A stretch of 64,000 nt of DNA, taken from contig BCKQ01000005.1 in the NCBI GenBank assembly GCA_001600695.1, forward strand, positions 264,215-328,214, read 5' to 3'. Source of the stretch: Ascoidea asiatica JCM 7603 (lineage: Eukaryota; Fungi; Ascomycota). Under the pieces are notes generated by a model. The model saw only the letters and a list, made by a program, of their open reading frames with translations, was not told the origin of the DNA and did no database searches. Made by a program: the position numbers and the translations under genes. Positions 55,659-64,000 of the stretch are shown here, in pieces (position 1 is the first letter of the stretch; each line of letters starts with the position of its first letter).

Positions 55659-56645
55659 TTATTTTTCTTCAGAAATTTCTCCTGATTCAATAGATTCTGA
55701 AGTTACATTATTTACTTTTTTATTTTCAATTTCTTTAGATTCTTTTTTAACTGAATCTTCTAAATTCTGCATTTCTTCAGGAGTTTCAGGAATTTTATTA
55801 GATGATTTTTCTTCATCCTTTTCTAATGGAATTACATCATCATCATCATCTCTTAATTCTTCACTATAAACATCTGGATATTTTCTAAAACATGCTTGCA
55901 TATCTCTAAATTTTTCAAGACAATCAAAACCTTTTGGTTCTGCTTCTGAATAAACAAAACATGAAAAGGCTGCTTTAAATTCTTCACCACATGGACCGTT
56001 AGCCATTCCACCAAGACAAGGACAATCCCAATTAATTTCACCTGTTTCTGGATTATAAGCACCAGCTTGTTCTTGTTCTTCTCCTTGGGTTTCTCCTTCT
56101 TTTTCTCCTTGTTCTTCTACTTGTTCATCTGATTTTTCTTCAGATACTTCAAATTCGTTTGAAACTTCTTTAATTTTTTCTTTTGATGGTTTTTGAGATG
56201 GAACTCTAGATTGTTCTTCAAGTTTTGATTCCACCACTTTTTCCTTTTCAATTGATTCTAATTTTGAAGAAGATTCCTCTTCAAACGAAGTTTTTGATTC
56301 TTCAGAGTTTTCTTTTGAATTTTCAATTTCTTCCAAATTTTCAATACTTTTGTCTGAAATTTTAGTATCTTCAACAATTTCATTCTTAGATTCATCAATA
56401 ATTTCTTGTTTTTTTTCAACTTTCTTTTTTGGAGAATTAAAATAATATCCAAGAGAAACTGCTCCAATAGCAAACATAGGTGCTAAAATTTTTGCATAAC
56501 CATCTGAATTTTGATTTGATTGATTACTAGAATATGTTCTAATTGAAGAAATTCTGGAAATAGATTTTGATCTTAAAAGTATTCTACTACTTGATGAAAA
56601 AGCACGTATTCCACGAAAACCAGAAGACAATATTATTTTTTGCAT
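55659..56645 (-). CDS. MIA40: Mitochondrial IMS oxidoreductase Mia40
   Basis: Presequence, TM, acidic linker, then [35 protein letters not shown]...C.EKF..MQ.CFRKYP. Confidence 0.97.
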   Translation of the reverse strand: MQKIILSSGFRGIRAFSSSSRILLRSKSISRISSIRTYSSNQSNQNSDGYAKILAPMFAIGAVSLGYYFNSPKKKVEKKQEIIDESKNEIVEDTKISDKSIENLEEIENSKENSEESKTSFEEESSSKLESIEKEKVVESKLEEQSRVPSQKPSKEKIKEVSNEFEVSEEKSDEQVEEQGEKEGETQGEEQEQAGAYNPETGEINWDCPCLGGMANGPCGEEFKAAFSCFVYSEAEPKGFDCLEKFRDMQACFRKYPDVYSEELRDDDDDVIPLEKDEEKSSNKIPETPEEMQNLEDSVKKESKEIENKKVNNVTSESIESGEISEEK

Positions 56646-56902
56646 TTCGATTAATTTTTTTTTTATTTTATTTTTTTTTTTTTCCTATTTCCTATTTCCT
56701 ATTTCAAAATAATTATTATATTTTCTTCAAAAATGAATTTCTGTTTGACAAATTAACTTCGAATTATATAAAATATTTCTGTCAATAAAGGTAATTATGT
56801 TAAATTTGATTGTGCTTCAAGTCTAAATCATTTCATGATGACAAATGAAATTTAAAAGTAGCAGTAAAATATTCAAAATACAGAATACAATAGCTAATGA
56901 AA

Positions 56903-56910
56903 GTCACGTG
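56903..56910 (+). promoter_or_regulatory. Cbf1-type site GTCACGTG upstream of MIA40
   Basis: Exact RTCACGTG about 260 bp upstream. Confidence 0.55.
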
Positions 56911-57089
56911 CCGGAGCAGATGAATTAATTGCTCGGAAATCCAAAGCTTTCACCGATGCTTTAACATTGCTACAGAAAAACTACGAGAGTGCCGAATTTA
57001 ATGCAAACTTACGAAATTTGAGTTTATAAGCTGCTTTATTCATGATTAATTTCAATTTGTTGATTTGATTTTAAATATTTGTTAAAGTT

Positions 57090-58475
57090 CTAATCATTAT
57101 ATTGAGATTGTTGTTGTTTTGTTAATTGATTTTGAACTTCTTCTTGAATTTGTTGAACCACATGTTGTTGTAATTCAGGAGTAAGACCTTGAAATTTCTC
57201 ATTCATACTAACTAACATATTAATTTGTTGTTCTAATTGTTCTTGTTGATTATTTAAATTTTCGGAAGAAGAAGAAATTGTTTGATTAATAGGATTAATA
57301 GGATTGATAGAATTGATAGAATTAATAGGATTAGAAATATTTGAAATATTTGAAGTATTTGAAGAAGTAGTATTAGATATAAGTTTGGTGTTATTTTGAG
57401 AGTATGAAGAAGAATCTTTATTTCTTTTTCGTGATCGACAATTAATACAAACTTTATGAAAATTTAATTCAGGAGATTCTAATGGTGAACCACATCTATT
57501 ACAAGCACCAATTCTTTCTAAATTAGATCTTCGTATTTTATCATTATCTCTACATCTTTTACAAACTTTATAAAAAGGAGGACCTTCTTGTTGTTCATTT
57601 GGACCAGAACAATGAACACATTTTCCTTGTAAAGCACGATTAGCTTTTTTTGTTCTTAATGAAAATCTACAACTTGGACATAATACAAATTGAGCTTGAT
57701 CTTCAGGAATTTGATGACCACATCTTCTACATGCACCAGTTTTTAATTTTGTTCTTGATTGCCATCTTCTTGATCTTTCTTTTTGTAAATTACGACAATG
57801 TGGACATAATTTATATTCTTTTGGACCACCTTGATCAAATTTTTTTTTACATCTTGAACATGCAACACGATTATCAAAAGAATCTTCTCCTTTATCCATA
57901 ATCTGAGAATCAATTATTGAATTATCATATTCTCGAGAATTTGATAATTGATTTTGATTTTGATTTTGATTTTGATTTTGAGAATTTATATTATTAAAAT
58001 TAGAGTTAGAATTAGAATTAAAATTAGAATTAAAATTAGAATTAGATATATTTATAGGAAGTTGAATTGAATTTCTTATATCTTCTTGTAAATTATGATT
58101 AGAAAATTGAACATTTTTTTCTTTTGAATTATTAATTATTTCAGATTCTAAATCTTTAAGATTTGTTAATTCATCAAATTGTAAATTTGAATTAATAGAA
58201 TAAGAATCAACACCTAAATTATTCTCATTTTTATTATGTTCTTCATTTTTTAAAAAAAAATTATTATTTTCCATTAATACAACAGAGTCTACCTCTTGTT
58301 GTTTAGATAATATTGATCCAGTTACATTTTGTAATTGAGAATCAATAACATTACATTTATTATCATTGGTAAAAGTGTAAATTGGTTCATTATTTTTAGA
58401 GATAGCCTTAGCAGAATTGGGCAAAGCAAGAGAATTTAATGCAACATCAACTACATTATTCAAATCCATTGTCAT
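57090..58475 (-). CDS. WOR3: Wor3-like CxxC-repeat DNA-binding transcription factor
   Basis: Eight CxxC motifs with CSRCKK, KLCPHCR..Q..RSRRWQ..TK, GACRRCG, KCVHCSGP and CRDNDKIRR, matching C. albicans Wor3 as I remember it; N/Q-rich flanks. Confidence 0.78.
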   Translation of the reverse strand: MTMDLNNVVDVALNSLALPNSAKAISKNNEPIYTFTNDNKCNVIDSQLQNVTGSILSKQQEVDSVVLMENNNFFLKNEEHNKNENNLGVDSYSINSNLQFDELTNLKDLESEIINNSKEKNVQFSNHNLQEDIRNSIQLPINISNSNFNSNFNSNSNSNFNNINSQNQNQNQNQNQLSNSREYDNSIIDSQIMDKGEDSFDNRVACSRCKKKFDQGGPKEYKLCPHCRNLQKERSRRWQSRTKLKTGACRRCGHQIPEDQAQFVLCPSCRFSLRTKKANRALQGKCVHCSGPNEQQEGPPFYKVCKRCRDNDKIRRSNLERIGACNRCGSPLESPELNFHKVCINCRSRKRNKDSSSYSQNNTKLISNTTSSNTSNISNISNPINSINSINPINPINQTISSSSENLNNQQEQLEQQINMLVSMNEKFQGLTPELQQHVVQQIQEEVQNQLTKQQQSQYND

Positions 58476-58543
58476 TAATAAGATAATAGCCAGGCAGTAA
58501 GACAGTCAGGTTACTGGTTAACAGTCGAGTATAAAGTCGATTA

Positions 58544-58577
58544 TTATCTCGATTCTTATCTCGATTCTTATCTCGAT
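58544..58577 (+). repeat. 12-nt tandem repeat TTATCTCGATTC x2.8 (contains GATAAG on minus)
   Basis: Seen directly, 70-100 bp upstream of the WOR3-like ATG. Confidence 0.85.
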
Positions 58578-58641
58578 ATTTTGGTTCCCTGCAAACACTC
58601 ACAACCATGGATTCTGGGTATGTTTTTTTGATTGTAACTTG

Positions 58642-58725
58642 GAATAACGAATGAATAATAACGAATAAGGAATATGGAATATGGAATAACGAATAACGAA
58701 TAACGAATAACGAAAAACGAAAAAC
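58642..58725 (+). repeat. Degenerate 7-nt repeat array (GAATAAC/GAATATG/GAAAAAC)
   Basis: Four exact GAATAAC copies at 58684-58711 plus variants. Confidence 0.85.
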
Positions 58726-58946
58726 AAATCGTCAAAAGTGCTTCTGCCGCTGTGTTCGTTTGTTCTCCTCCTTTTCAGATTCTTCATTTTTCGTTGCCTT
58801 CTCCAGACTCAAAAGAGGAAATACCAAAGTCACATGACACTGGCACTTCCGAGCATGGACTTTGTTTGACCTTGTTTTTGTTTTTGTTTTTGTTTTTAAT
58901 TACAATTTTAGTACTGTTGAGAGTGAATTTGAATGCTGAAGAAGAA

Positions 58947-58948
<2 letters not shown>

Positions 58949-58991
<43 letters not shown>

Positions 58992-58999
58992 TAATAATA
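58949..58999 (+). repeat. (TAA)n microsatellite
   Basis: Seen directly; it explains the spurious poly-Tyr ORF. Confidence 0.95.
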
Positions 59000-59026
59000 C
59001 AAATAACAGGTAGACTATATACAATA

Positions 59027-59464
59027 ATGTATCTGAAAGAACATAATTCATCTAGACAGAATTATCCTAATCAAAGTACTAGAGATGATAATCAAGAGTC
59101 TTATGTGTTAGATTTAAATTATGTTACAGAAGATGAAAAAAGAGAAAAATCATTATTAAATTTAAGTCATCAATTAATTGAATTACAAAATACTTTTGAA
59201 AGATTTGATCAATTAATAGAATTACATTCAAAACAATTAAATTCAATTAAAAAAATTGGAATTTTAAGTTCTAGTATATTTATGGCTGTAGATAGAATTG
59301 TTGAAATGGATTTTAAAAATCAAAATGAAGATTTAAACAATGAATATAATGAAAGAAATGATGATAATGATGATGATGATGATAAATCTAATAGTTCTTT
59401 AGAAGAAATAAATAATTCCCAAAATAAATTAATAGAAATCGATGAAACTTTTGAATTAGAATAA
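59027..59464 (+). CDS. HSK3: DASH/Dam1 kinetochore complex subunit Hsk3-like, with N- and C-terminal extensions
   Basis: Core LLNLSHQLIELQNTFERFDQLI..HSKQ...IKKIG..SSSIFMAV fits the Hsk3 pattern as I remember it. S. cerevisiae HSK3 lies next to MRPL31/SDH3, which are also in this window. Confidence 0.6.
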   Translation: MYLKEHNSSRQNYPNQSTRDDNQESYVLDLNYVTEDEKREKSLLNLSHQLIELQNTFERFDQLIELHSKQLNSIKKIGILSSSIFMAVDRIVEMDFKNQNEDLNNEYNERNDDNDDDDDKSNSSLEEINNSQNKLIEIDETFELE

Positions 59465-59492
59465 ATTATATGATTATTAAATATATTAAAAA

Positions 59493-60974
59493 TTATTTTT
59501 CTTTCTTAACTTTTTTTTCATCATTTTTATCATTTTCAATTATTAAAAATTTATTTGTATTTAACCAAACTTTTAATAATAATGAAGATAATAAAATTAT
59601 TAATAATAATGAACTTTTAAAATTTGATGGAAATGTTATCCAACAAAATTCATGTAAAATAAAAAAAATTATAAATAAAATCCAACTTAAATTTAAAATT
59701 AATAATAAAAATATAATTTGAAAATAATACCAACTTAAAAATTGATAATGTAAAGATCTTGAAAATAAAACTCCAATTAAATTACTTATTGACATTATAA
59801 AAAATATAATTATTGGACCTTTTTTTGAATCAAATAATAAATTATTAAATTTATTTGATTCAATTGAATTTTTAAATGGATTTTTTAAAATTTTAAAAAT
59901 TAATTTTTTTAAAGAAATTAAATTAAATTTTGAATTATTTAATAATATTGGTAAAAATCTTGTTTGTAAGAAAATAAATAATATTAATAAATGTGAAAAA
60001 AATAAAAAATTATGAAAAATTTTATTATGAAAAATATTTTCAGGTATAAATTTCCAATTTACAGACCAATAATAAATAAATTCTCTTTTAAAATTAAAAG
60101 CTTGAGAAATATAATTTAAAGTTATAATATTATTACCATTTAAATTAAAAAAAAATGGATATGCAATAATAATTTGAGTTAAAATTATAAAAAATAAATT
60201 TAAAATAAATTTAAATAAATTACCATCAATCATAAAAAAAATTATTAATAAAAAACCAGGTAAATATAATAATGAATTCATTTTAATAGAAATTGAAATT
60301 GAATATAAAATTGAATTTAAAATTGTAATAATTATTAAAATTAAAGAACTGTTATTATTTTCGAATTTAGATTTTATTAAACATGAAATTTGTAAAGATA
60401 AAATTAAAAAACTTATTAAAAATGTTACCCAACAATCATTAAATAATCTTAATAAAAAAATTGATTGAATTCTTTTACTTAAAATTAAAAAACAAATAAA
60501 CCATGGTTTTTTAAAATAATTAAATAAAAAATAATTATAAGATATTAAATAATTTAAAATTGTAAAATTTAAAATCCATGAATAAATTATTTGAATAAAA
60601 TTTATATCATTATCAAATTGATATAAATAATTTAAAATTTTAAAAATCCAAATATGACCAGCGGGATAAACTAATGGACCAGAATCACCATATAATTGAA
60701 AATAATCTAAAATACCATTATTAAATTTTGAAACTTGTTGTAAATAAGTTAAAAAATCAATTTCAGTATATTTTATAAAATTTATTATTAATTTACCTAA
60801 AAAAATTTGTGAAAAAAAAATTAAAAATGACCAAAATATTAAACAATCAGGATTGTTTAATAACGAATTTATACCATTCAAAACATCAAAAAGAAAACTT
60901 TTCAAAGTGAACTTGGGTAATTGAGGAACATCATCAGCTATTATTCTCGATGATTTTTTTGTCACTTCAGACAT
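59493..60974 (-). CDS. ALG3: Dol-P-Man:Man5GlcNAc2-PP-Dol alpha-1,3-mannosyltransferase
   Basis: YTEIDF, GDSGPLVYPAGH, SKRIQSIFLLRLFND, SIKMN, WSVNWKF, RSLHYQFLSWY, and a KKxx ER-retrieval tail. Confidence 0.96.
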   Translation of the reverse strand: MSEVTKKSSRIIADDVPQLPKFTLKSFLFDVLNGINSLLNNPDCLIFWSFLIFFSQIFLGKLIINFIKYTEIDFLTYLQQVSKFNNGILDYFQLYGDSGPLVYPAGHIWIFKILNYLYQFDNDINFIQIIYSWILNFTILNYLISYNYFLFNYFKKPWFICFLILSKRIQSIFLLRLFNDCWVTFLISFLILSLQISCLIKSKFENNNSSLILIIITILNSILYSISISIKMNSLLYLPGFLLIIFFMIDGNLFKFILNLFFIILTQIIIAYPFFFNLNGNNIITLNYISQAFNFKREFIYYWSVNWKFIPENIFHNKIFHNFLFFSHLLILFIFLQTRFLPILLNNSKFNLISLKKLIFKILKNPFKNSIESNKFNNLLFDSKKGPIIIFFIMSISNLIGVLFSRSLHYQFLSWYYFQIIFLLLILNLSWILFIIFFILHEFCWITFPSNFKSSLLLIILLSSLLLKVWLNTNKFLIIENDKNDEKKVKKEK

Positions 60975-61145
60975 TATTTCATAATATATTATTGAAATAT
61001 CATCAATATACTATCAATATACTATCAATAGAGAGAGAATGATGAATATATGAAAATGTTAACAACAAAAGAAGATGAGTTGAATTGCAACGTTCAATTT
61101 GAAAAAAACGTAGCGGTGGCGCTGAGGCCTGAGAGCTGGAAGAGA

Positions 61146-61180
61146 CACGTGAAGTGTATTATGTAATCAGAAGCCACGTG
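61146..61180. promoter_or_regulatory. Paired CACGTG E-boxes (61146-61151, 61175-61180) in the GC-richer ALG3/ORF divergent promoter
   Basis: Seen directly. Confidence 0.5.
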
Positions 61181-61272
61181 ATTGTCACGGTAATAGCCTG
61201 TTTGTAACAGCCGATAGCCGCTGCTGAACTTGGAATTTGTTTACTTTCTTTACAAACACAATAAATGGTTTT

Positions 61273-61298
61273 TGTTGTTGTTGTTGTTGTTGTTGTTG
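61273..61298 (+). repeat. (GTT)n microsatellite
   Basis: Seen directly. Confidence 0.9.
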
Positions 61299-61536
61299 AA
61301 ATGAAAATGTTCAAGCAAAAGAGATGAAATAAAGGTTTTTGTGTGCTTTGAGCAATGAAAAGAAACAGACTGTACAAGAGGAAGAGTGGATTGGAAGAGA
61401 GATGAATGATGTGGTTATGATGTGGTTATGATGGTTCATTGAGTTTCATATCTAAGAATATATTATATGAAATGAAATGATATGATATGATATGATATGA
61501 TATCCTTTGATATTATACGATATATTGATCCTATTC

Positions 61537-61593
61537 GAGATAATCATTTGAGATAATCATTTGAGATAATCATTTGAGATAATCATTTGAGAT
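61537..61593 (+). repeat. 13-nt minisatellite GAGATAATCATTT x4.4
   Basis: Four exact copies plus GAGAT, ending 38 bp before the ATG at 61631. Confidence 0.95.
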
Positions 61594-61630
61594 TGATTAT
61601 TATTTGCTAAAGAAATAAAGAAATAAAGAA

Positions 61631-63157
61631 ATGGCTAGTACATTAATTCCAATAACTTTAGCATTTTGTGGTACATCAATAACATTTTCAATAATTAGTA
61701 AATATTATTTTAATAAATATGAAGAAATTTTATTTGAAGATGATATAAATTTTAGTGAGAATATAATAAAATTATTAAATCCAAAAATTTTATCAATAAT
61801 TACAATAAAAAATGAAGAAAATAATTTTAATATTTTAAATATTTTTAATGAAAAAAATGAAAAAATTTATTCAATTGAAAAAAATTCATTTTTAAAAGAT
61901 ATTTGGTTTTTAATTGAAAATAATAATAATAATAATAAGAAAAAAGTTATTGGAATGATTGATATGAAAACTAATAAAAATAAAAAAAATGAAAATTTGA
62001 TAAATTCTATAATTTTTAATAAAAATGAAAATTTTACTAATCTAAAATTTAAAATATTTAAAAATGGAATGAATAAATATATCAACTTTCAAATTCAAAA
62101 AACTACAAAAATTAAGAATAAAATTAATAAAAAAAGAAAAAATGTATTTCAGAAAATAATTAAAGAGTCTGAAGAACTTAAACAAGAAGAAGAAAATGAT
62201 GAAAATGATAAAAATGAAGAAGAATTTATCTATAGATGGTTATATAATTCAAAGTATTTAGAAGTTTATCCCAAAAAACCTATAAAAAAAAATAATGAAA
62301 TTATTAATGAAAAAAAAATATCAAATACTTATGAAAAAAATAAAAATATTAATTGTGATGAATGTCAATTAAATAAATTTTATTTAAAAAGTTTTTCTGA
62401 TATTTGTTTAAAAAAATTTAGAAAAAATTATATTAAATGTAAAAAATGTAATAGATATAAAAGAAATAAAAATGAAATTATATATAAATATAATATTTTT
62501 CAAAGAATTGGATTAGCAGTAAATATGATTGAAAAAAAGGATAAAAATTTTAATTTAGAAATAAATTATAAAATTTTATTTAATAGTGAAAAAATTGATA
62601 TTAAATATTTAATTATAAGTTTTTTAATTTCAAATTTAAAACAATGGAATAAAAAAAATAAAATTGATATTAAAAAAGATTTTTTATTAAAAAAAAGAAT
62701 TTTAGAATGGGAAAATTTAAAATTATTTAAAAGTTATTTGAAAATTCCAATTGAAAAAGAAATTAATAATTATAAATTTGTAATCAAAAAAGATTTTATT
62801 GATGATATTTCAAATGAAATTGAAAATGAAAATGAAATAACATTATCAAGAATAAATAATAATCTAGTCAGATTAAAGGATAATGAGAAAATTAAAATTA
62901 AAAAAGATATTAAGGTATCAATAGCGAAAAATAAAGAAATGAATAAATCTAATAAAGCTTTAAACCCTATTACATTTGTTAATGGAATCCGAAGCATATC
63001 AAAGATTAAATTTATCTCAGACAAAGGTTGCGAAATTATTGGAATTTCCGGAAAAGATGGTAAATATAAAGAATATAAAGGTGGTAAACAGAAAGATGGT
63101 AGACGAAGACTTTTGAGAGTAAAAATGTTGTCCAAACTATCAAAGCTTTCCTTGTGA
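61631..63157 (+). CDS. Hypothetical K/N/I-rich protein with N-terminal membrane anchor; possible tubby-C/LURP-scramblase-like core with a Cys-rich insert
   Basis: 508 open codons in ultra-AT DNA, hydrophobic N-terminus, spaced aromatic motifs (YSIEK, IWFL, YRW...KYLE, QRIG, IS..KQW). The fold is a guess. Confidence 0.6.
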   Translation: MASTLIPITLAFCGTSITFSIISKYYFNKYEEILFEDDINFSENIIKLLNPKILSIITIKNEENNFNILNIFNEKNEKIYSIEKNSFLKDIWFLIENNNNNNKKKVIGMIDMKTNKNKKNENLINSIIFNKNENFTNLKFKIFKNGMNKYINFQIQKTTKIKNKINKKRKNVFQKIIKESEELKQEEENDENDKNEEEFIYRWLYNSKYLEVYPKKPIKKNNEIINEKKISNTYEKNKNINCDECQLNKFYLKSFSDICLKKFRKNYIKCKKCNRYKRNKNEIIYKYNIFQRIGLAVNMIEKKDKNFNLEINYKILFNSEKIDIKYLIISFLISNLKQWNKKNKIDIKKDFLLKKRILEWENLKLFKSYLKIPIEKEINNYKFVIKKDFIDDISNEIENENEITLSRINNNLVRLKDNEKIKIKKDIKVSIAKNKEMNKSNKALNPITFVNGIRSISKIKFISDKGCEIIGISGKDGKYKEYKGGKQKDGRRRLLRVKMLSKLSKLSL

Positions 63158-63229
63158 AAAAAAGATGGTCAAAAACAAGAGGATGGTCAAAATGGCGCAA
63201 TTCTCAGAAAAATAAACTCATGTATTATC

Positions 63230-63700
63230 ACAGCACTACACACCGCAGCACAGTAGACCAACCAACAGCACTTTTAAAGCAGTCCGTCTCTCAAGCAGTA
63301 GCTGTGGGCCCTAGACGACGTACAGAAACCCGCGTATTTGTTCCGCAAACAAACTCGTCTCAAGCTGTTCCTGTATATACGCAGACTTAAGCCCACTAGC
63401 AAATATTATATCACTGCACCAGCCTCGCAGAAGGGGTCTGCCTCTACCACCGTCAACAACACCGCCCGCCCTCTTCCGGAGCATGGACGCCATGCCTTGT
63501 CCTCGCCGGCCTCGTCTCGCCAAGTGCCTGAACTTGCGCAGTGTTCAGAATCTGCTTCTGTTCCTCACTTCCACCTTCTTTTTCTCTTTATTTTTCTTTT
63601 CTTTCTTCTGCTTCTTCTGCTTCTTCTTTTCTATGTTTCTTCTGTTCTTTCTGCTGCTTCAACTGCCTCTGCTTCTCTCCAAGGACCGGCTGTTACTGAA
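63230..63700 (+). promoter_or_regulatory. GC-rich island followed by a CT-rich tract; probable promoter of a gene beyond the window (STRE-like AGGGG at 63432-63436)
   Basis: Sharp GC rise, then (CTTCTG)-type repeats and a T-rich leader, as in the other promoter islands here. Confidence 0.45.
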
Positions 63701-64000
63701 TCTTCTTTCAACGATCTGCTTCTTCACTCTTCACTTTCTACTTCTTCATCTATTTCTTCACAACTAAAAAATAATCATACAAAAAAAAAATTAGTCTTAT
63801 AAAATTCTAAATCTTATCTCATTTGTCATTTGTATCAATAATACTTTTTTCTTTATTCATCATTTCATATAACTTTTTATTGTATTTTATTTTATTTTTT
63901 CATAATCTATTATTTCATATTTTATTATTTCATTTTTTTATATACTAATATCTTGATCTATATTACTTAGCTTTATCCTTTTTTTTTCTTTATCAACTAA

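Noticed and set aside
58597-59013. Possible micro-exons for WOR3 (ATG GTT|GTGAGT, minus) or HSK3 (ATG GAT TCT GG|GTATGT, plus)
   Set aside because: The WOR3 option has no in-frame acceptor. The HSK3 option is in frame with TAG at 59013 but needs a 396-nt intron with no branch point, spanning the WOR3 promoter.
63154-63802. ORFs of 70-154 aa at the right end
   Set aside because: They arise from a GC island and CT-rich repeats, mostly have non-ATG starts, and give low-complexity products.
1-64000. tRNA, rRNA, LTR/transposon, CRISPR or horizontally acquired prokaryotic genes
   Set aside because: I saw no cloverleaf with A/B boxes, rRNA signature, gag/pol/transposase motif or repeat-spacer array. 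All recognisable genes are typical fungal ones. A by-eye search can miss degenerate elements.

Overview
Very AT-rich, gene-dense chromosome segment from a budding yeast (Saccharomycotina). It holds about 26 protein-coding genes; I found no tRNA, rRNA or transposon. Gene order: SDH3, MRPL31, POL2, a DUF2011-like gene, complex I subunit NDUFS8/TYKY, RPN10, RRM3-like helicase, a stand-alone GAF protein, SLM5, SES1, a PMU1-like pseudo-phosphatase, CMK, IPP1, MNN2-family, HIR3, PFK26, FMP40/SelO, TIM8, a secreted CFEM-like protein, glycogen synthase, an atypical Rab7-like GTPase, MIA40, WOR3-like, HSK3-like, ALG3 and an unknown K/N-rich ORF. The ORF track misses five short spliceosomal introns (66-119 nt), which I reconstructed by hand; a sixth is a candidate. 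Retained complex I, short degenerate introns and near-absence of CTG codons suggest an Ascoidea/Saccharomycopsis-type (CUG-Ser2) yeast; this is inference. Main leads: (1) a divergent SelO/FMP40 whose candidate hidden last exon ends HSS instead of CSS, followed by a nested stem-loop element; (2) CTG avoidance, with one CTG in SerRS; (3) a catalytically dead PMU1-like protein; (4) an orphan GAF sensor; (5) a WOR3 homolog; (6) a compositional switch near 50 kb to ultra-AT coding DNA with GC-rich promoter islands, one carrying a canonical G-quadruplex motif. All homology calls come from remembered motifs, not database searches.
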